Below, one piece after another: positions 7,926 to 16,520 of a DNA stretch of 32,226 nt (position 1 is its first letter; each line of letters opens with the position of its first letter). Below the pieces are notes generated by a model that saw only the letters and a program-made list of their open reading frames with translations, searched no databases and was not told the origin of the DNA. The stretch comes from Eubacteriales bacterium. GTDB lineage: Bacteria; Bacillota; Clostridia; Oscillospirales; CAG-272. Location: NCBI GenBank assembly GCA_045593345.1, contig JAZNWM010000259.1:1-32226 (forward strand), written 5' to 3'. The position numbers and the translations under genes were made by a program.

Positions 7926-10154
7926 ATGAAAACACGCAAAATCCTCGCACTCCTTCTCGTGCTCGTTATGACAATGAGCTTCGCACTCACAAGCTGTGGT
8001 CTCTTCGACAAGCCCAACCCTCCCGGTCCCGACCAGGGCGGTACAGGTGACGGCGGTACAGGTGACGGCGGCAACGACGGCGGCGACGTTGTAGTTGACC
8101 CCAACCTGGAAAACTACGCAGCAGCTATTGCTCTCGCAAAGGAATGGGGCACAGAAAGCTATCTCTATTATAAGCAGAACGCTTATGACAGACTGATGAA
8201 CTACTGGAAGAACCCCACCAACAACTCTATCGAAGGCTACGTTCTTAACTACGCAGAGGGCACAACCCTCAGAATGGCTACCGGTTACAACAGCAAGTCT
8301 ACCGGTCTGTTCTTCGATGCATCTCAGTTTGAAAAGTACCCTAACGGTATCACCCTTGCAGACGGCGTGACCTATAGTGCAGGCGACCTTAAGCCTACCT
8401 GGGTTGCAGTTTCCAACAAGCTTGGTATTAACTTTGAAAACAAGTATCAGGGTGGATCTGCTTCCAATGAGTTCAAGAGCTGGCAGAGTGATCTCGGCAG
8501 CGTAGATATGGTATCCGGTACCGCTACTCAGCTTTCTGAGTCCGGTGTTGCAGGCAACCTTATCAACCTTGCTGACTACCTCGATGCAATGCCTAACTTC
8601 AAGGCTTACCTTGAGGCTAACCCCATCGTACGTCTTTCCATTACCGGTGACGTTTCTACCGGTGCTATCTACTATTCTCCCTACTTCGACGGTGTTGACG
8701 ACATCGAGCGTATGCCCCTTATGAGAACCGACTGGGTTGAGAAGCTTCTCAACGGTGAGGGTCAGTTCTCCGCATCCGCATCCAAGAACCTTGCAGCAGC
8801 AGTTTACACTCCCTACATGCCCACCAGCGGCAAGGTAGTTGTAGACGCAGCTAACGCTGAGGGTACTGCAGTTATCCAGCTTACCAAGGATTACGATGCA
8901 GCAGGCAACATCATCAAGAATATGAACGATGCTCTTGCAGCAGGCACTGTTACCGGTGTTCAGGCAGTTAATATGCTTCGTGACTACATCGACAAGGCTT
9001 ATAACGGCTACTACGGCACTAACCGTGCTAACCTCTTCATCGGCCAGGATGCAGCTTGGGACGCAGACGAGCTTGTAGCTCTTCTTCGTTGCGTAGTTGC
9101 TAACCCCCAGACTCTCAACGGTACCGAGACAGTTAACGGTCTCTTCTCCAGAGAGGACGACAACAACCAGAGAAGAGTTGATATGTTCCGCTTCGCTGGT
9201 ACTCTCTTCGGCGTTCGTGGCCTTGAGTCCAGACAGGATTACCTCTACGTAGGTGCTGACGGCAAGCTTCACGATGCACGTCAGGAGCAGGATACATACG
9301 TTGCTCTCGCCAGAATGAACGCAATGGTATCCGAGGGTCTTATCTCCTCCTCCTTCGTAAATGGTGAGGACACCGAGACCAAGCTTATGCTTCAGAACGA
9401 CAACGGCTTCATGCACTATGACTACAACCAGACCCAGACCGTCTTCAACGAGACTCACCTCGACGATGGCGAGAAGTATATGGCAGTTATGGTTCCCGTT
9501 GCTCATTGGTTCGACGGCAGCGATCCTAACGGCGTTTATATGAGATTTACCGAGTCCTGGAGATCTGTTAAGACCGACGGTTGGGCAATCTCTAAGGCAG
9601 GTGTTGGTAACGACACTAACAAGCTTAATGCAGCTCTTGCTCTTATCGACTACGCTTACTCCAAGGAAGGTCAGATCCTTATGTCCTACGGTCCTGATTC
9701 ATTCATTAAGACCAATGCAGACGGCTCTTACGTAACCTTCAACTTCAACGGTCAGCAGATGCCCGTTATCGCAGACGCTACCTTCCAGGAGCTTTGGGAT
9801 AAGGCTTCCGGTAACTACACCAACTACGCTCGTCAGTTCCTTGGTTCTACTCTTTCCTTCGTAAAGAGCCAGGCATTCGAGTATCAGTGCACTCACATTG
9901 TTGGTAAGGAGGGTGCAGGTAACATTTCTACCGCTATCGGCCTTGGCCTTATCAAGCATCCTCTTCTTGAGGTTTCTGAGAACTCTTGGTACTCCATCGT
10001 TCCCACCTCTCTTCCCACCAACCAGTCCGAGAACGACGCTATCGCAGACCTTACCAACCTTTCCACCACCGGTAAGTTCTCTCAGTCCAAGGGTAGCGAA
10101 AACCTCTTCGTTGACATCATTCGTTACGGCTTCGAGGCTCTCGAGCAGAAGTAA
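7926..10154 (+). CDS. Extracellular solute-binding lipoprotein of the ABC importer (LplA-like but oversized, 742 aa)
   Basis: AGGAGG RBS 7 nt upstream. The signal peptide plus lipobox reads MKTRKILALLLVLVMTMSFALTSC, followed by a Gly/Asp/Pro linker (PNPPGPDQGGTGDGGTGDGGNDGGD). Its position directly after two CUT1-type permeases supports the call, which rests on context and architecture rather than a diagnostic motif. Confidence 0.75.
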   Translation: MKTRKILALLLVLVMTMSFALTSCGLFDKPNPPGPDQGGTGDGGTGDGGNDGGDVVVDPNLENYAAAIALAKEWGTESYLYYKQNAYDRLMNYWKNPTNNSIEGYVLNYAEGTTLRMATGYNSKSTGLFFDASQFEKYPNGITLADGVTYSAGDLKPTWVAVSNKLGINFENKYQGGSASNEFKSWQSDLGSVDMVSGTATQLSESGVAGNLINLADYLDAMPNFKAYLEANPIVRLSITGDVSTGAIYYSPYFDGVDDIERMPLMRTDWVEKLLNGEGQFSASASKNLAAAVYTPYMPTSGKVVVDAANAEGTAVIQLTKDYDAAGNIIKNMNDALAAGTVTGVQAVNMLRDYIDKAYNGYYGTNRANLFIGQDAAWDADELVALLRCVVANPQTLNGTETVNGLFSREDDNNQRRVDMFRFAGTLFGVRGLESRQDYLYVGADGKLHDARQEQDTYVALARMNAMVSEGLISSSFVNGEDTETKLMLQNDNGFMHYDYNQTQTVFNETHLDDGEKYMAVMVPVAHWFDGSDPNGVYMRFTESWRSVKTDGWAISKAGVGNDTNKLNAALALIDYAYSKEGQILMSYGPDSFIKTNADGSYVTFNFNGQQMPVIADATFQELWDKASGNYTNYARQFLGSTLSFVKSQAFEYQCTHIVGKEGAGNISTAIGLGLIKHPLLEVSENSWYSIVPTSLPTNQSENDAIADLTNLSTTGKFSQSKGSENLFVDIIRYGFEALEQK
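8037..8066 (+). repeat. Perfect 15-bp tandem duplication (GGCGGTACAGGTGAC x2) inside the lipoprotein linker
   Basis: Read directly from the sequence. It encodes GGTGD-GGTGD and is followed by degenerate GGCGGCAACGAC / GGCGGCGAC units. Confidence 0.9.
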
Positions 10155-10208
10155 TTGGTTTTTAGCAAGAATCCATAATTTATCAGCTTAATATCTGATA
10201 AACAATAC

Positions 10209-10233
10209 GGCAGAGGGGATTTTCCCCTCTGCC
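10209..10233 (+). promoter_or_regulatory. Strong GC-rich intra-operon hairpin after the binding-protein gene (no U-tract)
   Basis: A perfect 10-bp stem GGCAGAGGGG / CCCCTCTGCC with loop ATTTT, 55 nt after the stop. It is followed by AAAGCAAAAAAC, not a T-run. Confidence 0.6.
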
Positions 10234-10366
10234 AAAGCAAAAAACACTTTTATAGTTTATTAAAAAATCTAATTCGGTTAAATTTCGCTTATTTATAACT
10301 TATTATAATACACCATTACCCAAATTATTGTGCCGTCGCCCAGCTGACGGCGGATTGGAAATTACT

Positions 10367-10966
10367 ATGTACAGATTACAAATGAAGCTTCAAAGAATAA
10401 TTTCTTATCTCTGCCTTGCGGCTACCGCATTGACCTTTGCATACTCTCTCGGCGTATCCACCGATACATATTTCCTTTACAAGGTCGTTGCAATAAAGGA
10501 AACCTTTAAGGGTGTAGAAATGTTCTACGCTATGCAGCCCTTCAACAAAACCTTTACCGCACTCAGCGTTGTGCTTGTTATCCTGGCTGCATCCTGCCTC
10601 GTGTTCAATAATCACACACGCAGAAGATATTACGTTGCAAATTATTGTACAACTGTTATAAGCTCTGTTGCCAACGTCGGTGTGGCTATCTGGGGACTTA
10701 TAAATGTATTTTATTATAAAGCTATGTTTCTTGCAGTTGATTTCACAGAGCTTACCGATCTGATAGAAACGGCTCCCGAATCGGTATTTATCAGAAACGG
10801 TCTTGACCCCAACAACCTTGCCGGTCCCTACTCTACCTTCTGGTTTGATATTTCCGTCCTGGTGTTCGGTATCCTTGTTCTGATATCTCTGCTTAACGTT
10901 GCAAATATGGTATTCAAGACCGTCCTTATGAAAAAGGAAAAGCAGCTTCTGAAAGGAGAGGAGTAA
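10367..10966 (+). CDS. Small 4-TM membrane protein, unknown family (A)
   Basis: 199 aa from the ATG at 10367; the track ORF begins at a TTG at 10328. There are four hydrophobic segments and a basic turn NHTRRRY between TM2 and TM3. The tail is Lys/Glu-rich. Its stop lies 1 nt before the next ORF. Confidence 0.65.
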   Translation: MYRLQMKLQRIISYLCLAATALTFAYSLGVSTDTYFLYKVVAIKETFKGVEMFYAMQPFNKTFTALSVVLVILAASCLVFNNHTRRRYYVANYCTTVISSVANVGVAIWGLINVFYYKAMFLAVDFTELTDLIETAPESVFIRNGLDPNNLAGPYSTFWFDISVLVFGILVLISLLNVANMVFKTVLMKKEKQLLKGEE

Positions 10967-10967
10967 A

Positions 10968-11453
10968 ATGGCAAATATCGCAGACGTAAAAACCGATAGA
11001 ATGCGTTATACGAAAAATAAAATTTCGGCAAATCTCGCATACGTAGCTATCTTTCTCAACGCACTCTATTTTATCTCTATTTACACATCAGACGTAAGAG
11101 ATTATTATTACAACATTGAAATAGGCGTCTCCATTATCTACAATCTGCTCTTTATGCTGTTCGTATTCCTGTCAAGCGAGGGTGTTAAATCCTATGATAT
11201 GAAGTATTCTATCCTTCTTACAGTAATCGGAGTATTACAGATAGTGCGTATCTTCGGCATTCCTCTCAACGCCTTCTATACCTTTATTGAAATAAAGAAA
11301 AATCAGTATCTCCAGGTTATGGAGCCCCCTCAATTTTATCTTTGCGTTGCATATCTTGTTATTTCGGCAGCCTGTGCTATAACCGGCGGTATTATCGGAT
11401 GCATTAAATCCAAAAAGCTGGCTGAATACGAAAAGACATTAGTACAAGAATAA
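10968..11453 (+). CDS. Small 4-TM membrane protein, unknown family (B)
   Basis: 161 aa with four hydrophobic segments and a charged tail (KSKKLAEYEKTLVQE). It is tightly coupled to the preceding ORF. Confidence 0.65.
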   Translation: MANIADVKTDRMRYTKNKISANLAYVAIFLNALYFISIYTSDVRDYYYNIEIGVSIIYNLLFMLFVFLSSEGVKSYDMKYSILLTVIGVLQIVRIFGIPLNAFYTFIEIKKNQYLQVMEPPQFYLCVAYLVISAACAITGGIIGCIKSKKLAEYEKTLVQE

Positions 11454-11474
11454 TCAGAAAGGATTTTTCTCGGT

Positions 11475-12536
11475 ATGGCTTCTTTAAGTTTGAAAAATCT
11501 AAACAAAATATACGATAACAACGTTCAGGCGGTCTTTGATTTCAACATTGACATTGAGGACGGCGAGCTTATCGTTCTCGTAGGTCCCTCGGGCTGCGGT
11601 AAATCCACAACATTGCGTATGGTAGCAGGCCTTGAGGATATTTCCTCGGGTACGCTTATCATTGACGGTAAGGACGTTACGCAGATGCCCCCAAAGGATA
11701 GAGACGTTGCTATGGTATTCCAGAACTATGCACTTTATGCTCATATGACGGTATATGAGAATATGGCGTTTTCTCTTACCCTGCTTCACGAGGATCCCAA
11801 CGTTATCCACGAAAAGGTTATGGCGGCGGCAGAGATACTCGGTCTTACCGACCAGCTCAACAAGAAACCAAAGCAACTCTCAGGCGGTCAGCGTCAGCGT
11901 GTTGCTATGGGCCGTGCGATCGTTCGTACACCTAAGGTATTCCTCTTCGACGAGCCTCTCTCCAACCTTGACGCCAAGCTCCGCGGAGCAACCAGACGAG
12001 AGATCCTTCTCCTTCACAAGCGTCTCGGTGCAACGATGCTCTACGTTACCCACGACCAGACCGAGGCACTTACTCTTGCCGACAGGATCGTTTGTATGTC
12101 TATGGGCTACGTTCAGCAGATCGGTACTCCCCTGGAGCTGTACGATACCCCCGCAAACGTGTTCGTAGCAAGCTTTATCGGTCTTCCCCCTATGAATTTC
12201 TTTACCGCAACCGTGTCGGGAGATCATCTCGTTCTCGACGGCAGCATTAATGTTCCGTTAAGCGACGAGGAACGCTCACGCCTTGTATCCTATCAGGGCA
12301 AGGAGATCACCCTCGGCGTAAGACCCGAAAATATTGTTAAGGGCTGTGACGTCACCATCAAGGTTAACAACTGCGAGAACCTCGGACAAAGCACGCTTAT
12401 TCACGGTCATATTAACGGTCACAAGGTAACCGCCAAGTTCCGCGAATGGTCTAATTACAGTTACGGCGAGGATATCTCTGTTTCCTTCAACCGTATGCAC
12501 TTCTTTGATAAAGAATCAACCAACGCTATAAGATAA
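11475..12536 (+). CDS. Sugar ABC transporter ATP-binding protein, MalK/MsmK/UgpC type (copy 1)
   Basis: Walker A GPSGCGKST, signature LSGGQRQRVAMGRA, Walker B VFLFDEPLSNLDA and H-loop YVTHDQ. A ~115-aa MalK-type C-terminal regulatory (TOBE-like) domain follows. Confidence 0.92.
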   Translation: MASLSLKNLNKIYDNNVQAVFDFNIDIEDGELIVLVGPSGCGKSTTLRMVAGLEDISSGTLIIDGKDVTQMPPKDRDVAMVFQNYALYAHMTVYENMAFSLTLLHEDPNVIHEKVMAAAEILGLTDQLNKKPKQLSGGQRQRVAMGRAIVRTPKVFLFDEPLSNLDAKLRGATRREILLLHKRLGATMLYVTHDQTEALTLADRIVCMSMGYVQQIGTPLELYDTPANVFVASFIGLPPMNFFTATVSGDHLVLDGSINVPLSDEERSRLVSYQGKEITLGVRPENIVKGCDVTIKVNNCENLGQSTLIHGHINGHKVTAKFREWSNYSYGEDISVSFNRMHFFDKESTNAIR

Positions 12537-12548
12537 GGAAAGGCTGAT

Positions 12549-13160
12549 ATGAAAAACCAGAATTCTAAAAACGTATTTAAGGCATTTGGTGCGTGGATAA
12601 AAGAAAAAGTGCGTAAGTTCTTCGTTGCTCTCAAAAAGAATCCTCAGTCCATTCCTCTTGCAGCACTGCTTATCGCCTTTCTGCAGTATTCACTCAACCT
12701 TACCTACATATCAAACACTACGGCAAAGCTGGTAAGCTCAAGACTTGAGGGTACAAATGCAGGACTTGCAGCATTCGTAACTATGCTTTTAACCATTCTC
12801 TCCTTCGTGTGTATGCTTAATGCTTTCCCGAAGCGTCAGAAGCCGAAGGTTGGTATGATTATCTTAATGATGGTTATGTACGGAGTGATTATTTTCGCCA
12901 ACTGTCACTATCTATCCTGCATTTCTTACGCTCTGAATGTAGAGATCAATCCTAATCCCATCATTATCAGCGGCGGAGAAAACCAGTTTGTTATTACTGC
13001 TCGCGATACCATAACGCTTAACACTGTTCTTATTGTAATCACTATGATTTTCGTTCTTCTTGAGCCTGTGATTGCAAAGCTGCTTAAGAAGATCAAGACC
13101 TCTATTGAGGTTGAGGGCAGCGGAAACATTGCAAGCATCGATATCGCCAGCGAGGACTAA
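12549..13160 (+). CDS. Small 4-TM membrane protein, unknown family (C)
   Basis: 203 aa. A basic N-terminus is followed by four hydrophobic segments, with a basic turn PKRQKPK between TM2 and TM3. The C-terminal tail is acidic. AAGGAAAGG RBS upstream. Confidence 0.65.
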   Translation: MKNQNSKNVFKAFGAWIKEKVRKFFVALKKNPQSIPLAALLIAFLQYSLNLTYISNTTAKLVSSRLEGTNAGLAAFVTMLLTILSFVCMLNAFPKRQKPKVGMIILMMVMYGVIIFANCHYLSCISYALNVEINPNPIIISGGENQFVITARDTITLNTVLIVITMIFVLLEPVIAKLLKKIKTSIEVEGSGNIASIDIASED

Positions 13161-13169
13161 GGACATAAA

Positions 13170-13814
13170 ATGTCAGAAAAAAATACACCAAAGCCCGATA
13201 AGGGCAAAAATGAGTCTAAGCTTCCAAAAATCAACACAAACGCTGTTGACAGGCTCGTAAACGCAGATAAAAAAACCTATCCCAAATCCAATACAGACCC
13301 CGGAAAGAAATACCGCTCCAATGGATTTATTGACAAAATCCCCTCCCCCGTTAAAGCATTGTTTATCAAATTCTGGTTTAACGGTGCGGTATGCTTCTTC
13401 ATCTACTGGGGACTCGGTATGTATATCTGGGACACCCTTGATATGATCGTGGTTCTCGGCTTGGTTATGGGTATGGTCACCGACGTTCTTGTAAACAATG
13501 CTTTTCGTTTCTTCGCAATTACCCCGGATAGCAACAACAAATGGATGCTGTTCCCGAAAAGAAAATTCTGGACGTTCTTCACCAATATGATATATGGCGT
13601 AGTTGTCGTCTGGATTGTTGCGTGGATTTATAACACTGTCAACGTTATACTTAATACACTAAACGGTGTTGACGGACAGATATTTATCGGCGTTGAGCCC
13701 ATACTCTTCGGCGTTCTGTACGTTGCCGTTGATATGCTCTTCATTGGCATCAAGAATCTTCTGATAAAAATCATTAACGACGCTAAAGAAAAGGCTGATA
13801 CTATTTCAAAATGA
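13170..13814 (+). CDS. 4-TM membrane protein with a Lys/Pro/Asn-rich soluble N-terminus, unknown family (D)
   Basis: 214 aa. About 60 hydrophilic residues (MSEKNTPKPDKGKNESKLPK...) precede four hydrophobic segments. Its stop overlaps the GH28 start (ATGA at 13811-13814). Confidence 0.65.
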   Translation: MSEKNTPKPDKGKNESKLPKINTNAVDRLVNADKKTYPKSNTDPGKKYRSNGFIDKIPSPVKALFIKFWFNGAVCFFIYWGLGMYIWDTLDMIVVLGLVMGMVTDVLVNNAFRFFAITPDSNNKWMLFPKRKFWTFFTNMIYGVVVVWIVAWIYNTVNVILNTLNGVDGQIFIGVEPILFGVLYVAVDMLFIGIKNLLIKIINDAKEKADTISK

Positions 13815-15355
13815 TTAATTTACTATTCACCTCATCCACGTCGGCCTGCTTTGAATGGCAGAACGACCTTCCGTACTACAAGGACGGAGAATACGTGATC
13901 TTTCTTGACGGTGAACAGGTATTTTCAGGCGATACAAACGTTTTCTCGCTATTCAACCTGACACCCGAAACCAAATACACCCTGACCTCCCCTTCTCTCG
14001 ACGGAGAGCTGGTGTTTGTCACCAAGGGCGAAAGTGCGGCTATAAACGTACGCGATTTCGGTGCGGTGGGTGACGGTATTACCGACGATACGGTTGCCGT
14101 ACAAACGGCTATTAACTGTCTGCCACGGGGTGCAAGGCTGTATTTCCCCGAGGGAACCTATCTCGTATCACCTCTTTGCTTAAAGAGTCATATTACTCTT
14201 GAAATTCCCGAGGGTGCAAGGCTGCTGGGCTCGCCCGACAGATCAAAATACCCCGTTATCCCCGGTACCACTATTGATATGGTGACGGGCGGCGAGCATA
14301 TGTTCGGCGTATGGGAGGGCAATGCTATTCCTATGCACCAGGCACTTATCTTCGCCGAGCACGCCGATGATATTACCATTGTCGGACGCGGCATCGTGGA
14401 CGGCAACGCACCTGTTGGCGGCTGGTGGATCGACGTTAAGTCTCAGCCCTTCGGCAGACCGAGGCTTATGTTCTTCAACCGCTGTGACGGGGTCCGCATA
14501 CACGGCATTCACGCCTGCGATGCGGCAAGCTGGCAGATGCATCCCTTCTTCTCAAGGAACGTAAAATTCCTCGATATGTTTATCTCCGCCCCCAAGGACA
14601 GCCCCAACACCGATGCCATCGATCCCGAGGCCTGCGACGTCGTTGACATTATCGGCTGTCGCTTCAGCGTTGGTGACGACTGTATTGCCATCAAATCGGG
14701 CAAGATTGACATCGGCAGGAAGTATAAGACGCCTGCCAACCTTCACACCATACGCAACTGCCTTATGGAATTCGGTCACGGTGCGGTCACTCTCGGCAGT
14801 GAAATGGCGGGCGGTGTCACAAACCTTACGGTTCACCGTTGTGTTTTCAGACAAACCGACAGAGGCCTGCGTATCAAGACTCGTCGAGGACGCGGTAAGC
14901 ACGCAGTAATTGACGGCGTAGTATTTGAAAACATCAGGATGGAGGGCGTTATTACCCCCATCGTAATCAATATGTGGTACAACTGCTGCGACCCTGACAG
15001 AAATTCAGAGTACGTCTGGTCGAGAAAGGAGCTGCCCATTGACGAGCGTACTCCCTACCTCGGCAGCTTTACCTTCAGAAATATGACCTGCCTTGACTGT
15101 GAGGCAGCGGCCTGCTATTGCGACGGCCTGCCCGAGCGTCCTATCGACGAGATTACCGTTGAGAACATTCTCTTCACCTTCTCCGAGGATGCGAAGCCCT
15201 CAAGACCCGCTATGCGTGAGTTTATGGAGGAATTCTGTCGCGTGGGAATGTACTTTGACAACGTCAGACGGCTTGTTATCAAGGACGTTACCGTCAAGGG
15301 TGCTGTCGGCGACGAGCTTGTCGCGGATCATATTAGCGAGCTTATCAGAAAATAA
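13811..15355 (+). CDS. Glycoside hydrolase family 28 (exo-polygalacturonase-like), cytoplasmic
   Basis: The pectin-lyase-fold opener reads NVRDFGAVGDGITDDTVAVQTAIN. The GH28 catalytic set is NTDAIDP, GDDCIAIKSG, GHGAVTLGSE and RGLRIKT. A ~75-aa N-terminal FN3-like segment is present and there is no signal peptide. Confidence 0.9.
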   Translation: MINLLFTSSTSACFEWQNDLPYYKDGEYVIFLDGEQVFSGDTNVFSLFNLTPETKYTLTSPSLDGELVFVTKGESAAINVRDFGAVGDGITDDTVAVQTAINCLPRGARLYFPEGTYLVSPLCLKSHITLEIPEGARLLGSPDRSKYPVIPGTTIDMVTGGEHMFGVWEGNAIPMHQALIFAEHADDITIVGRGIVDGNAPVGGWWIDVKSQPFGRPRLMFFNRCDGVRIHGIHACDAASWQMHPFFSRNVKFLDMFISAPKDSPNTDAIDPEACDVVDIIGCRFSVGDDCIAIKSGKIDIGRKYKTPANLHTIRNCLMEFGHGAVTLGSEMAGGVTNLTVHRCVFRQTDRGLRIKTRRGRGKHAVIDGVVFENIRMEGVITPIVINMWYNCCDPDRNSEYVWSRKELPIDERTPYLGSFTFRNMTCLDCEAAACYCDGLPERPIDEITVENILFTFSEDAKPSRPAMREFMEEFCRVGMYFDNVRRLVIKDVTVKGAVGDELVADHISELIRK

Positions 15356-15373
15356 ATTTCAGGGGATGAACTT

Positions 15374-16516
15374 ATGCAGGACAATAACGCCTACATAAAT
15401 ATTGACAGATATATTGACCGTCTTATTACCGAGTCCACGCCCGACCTTCCTATATGGAATATTGAGAGCATAAGACAGGGTAAAAAGCCGCACTGGAACT
15501 ACATTGACGGCTGTATGATCACCTCGCTTTTACAAATGAGCGAGATCTCGGGTGATGACAAGTATTTTAAATTTGCCGAGAGCTTTATCGACTACTACGT
15601 AGCTGAGGACGGCAGCATTCTCGGGTATGATATTGAAAAGTACAATCTTGACGATATCAACGAGGGTCGGGTGCTGTTTGAGCTTTATCGCAGGACGGGC
15701 AAGGAAAAATACCGCCTGGCAATTGATAAGCAAAAGGCACAGCTTGACTCCCAGCCCAGAACCAATACGGGCAACTTCTGGCACAAGCTCATTTATCCCC
15801 ATCAGATCTGGCTTGACGGCATATATATGGCTCAGGTTTTCAGTGCACTTTATTCGAGAGAATACGGTGGCGGTGACTACTCTGATATGCTGAATCAGAT
15901 TGAAAATGTAAACAAATATATGCAAGATAAGGACACAGGGCTCTATTATCACGGTCTTGACTGCTCCAAATCTATATTCTGGGCGGATAAGGAAAGCGGA
16001 CTTTCACGCAATTTCTGGCTCCGTTCTATCGGCTGGTTTACCGTTGCACTCGTCGACATAATCGAGATCGTCGGTGAGGGTGAGGCAAAAGAGCGACTTG
16101 GTCGCATCTTCAGTCATCTTATTGATAGCATTACCGCCTTCCGCGACGACAGCGGACTCTATTGGCAGGTAGTGGATCAGCCCGGCCGCGAGGGCAATTA
16201 TCTTGAGACCAGCGGCTCCAGTATGATAGCCTACGCTATGCTAAAGGGTGCAAGGCTGGGGGTTATTGATAAAAAATACGCCTCGCTTGGCAAGGCGACC
16301 TTCGACGGCATCTGCGAGAGATATCTTAAGGTAAGCGACGCGGGTGAGCTTAATCTCGGCGGCATCTGTCTTGTGGCAGGCCTTGGTCCCGAGAACAATC
16401 TCCGTCGCGACGGCTCATACGAATACTATATCTCCGAGCCTGTGGTTGAGAATGATGCAAAGGGAGTTGCTCCCTTCGTGTTATGCTACACCGAGATTTT
16501 AAGGACGAGAGGTTAA
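15374..16516 (+). CDS. Glycoside hydrolase family 105 (unsaturated rhamnogalacturonyl / glucuronyl hydrolase, YteR/YesR-like), cytoplasmic
   Basis: 380 aa of alpha/alpha-barrel type sequence: WNYIDGCMITSLLQM, DDINEGRVLFELYRRTGKEKY, IWLDGIYMAQVF, FWLRSIGWF. No signal peptide. It sits next to GH28. Confidence 0.82.
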   Translation: MQDNNAYINIDRYIDRLITESTPDLPIWNIESIRQGKKPHWNYIDGCMITSLLQMSEISGDDKYFKFAESFIDYYVAEDGSILGYDIEKYNLDDINEGRVLFELYRRTGKEKYRLAIDKQKAQLDSQPRTNTGNFWHKLIYPHQIWLDGIYMAQVFSALYSREYGGGDYSDMLNQIENVNKYMQDKDTGLYYHGLDCSKSIFWADKESGLSRNFWLRSIGWFTVALVDIIEIVGEGEAKERLGRIFSHLIDSITAFRDDSGLYWQVVDQPGREGNYLETSGSSMIAYAMLKGARLGVIDKKYASLGKATFDGICERYLKVSDAGELNLGGICLVAGLGPENNLRRDGSYEYYISEPVVENDAKGVAPFVLCYTEILRTRG

Positions 16517-16520
16517 GTAT

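Noticed and set aside
7883-8104. A 73-aa Pro/Ser-rich minus-strand ORF
   Set aside because: It is the antisense reading of the Gly-rich (GGN) linker repeat of the binding lipoprotein, so it is a compositional artefact.
10209-10233. Calling the GC-rich hairpin after the binding-protein gene a canonical Rho-independent terminator
   Set aside because: The stem is followed by an A-rich stretch, not a U-tract, on the plus strand. The minus-strand reading also lacks a T-run. It is kept only as an intra-operon structured element.
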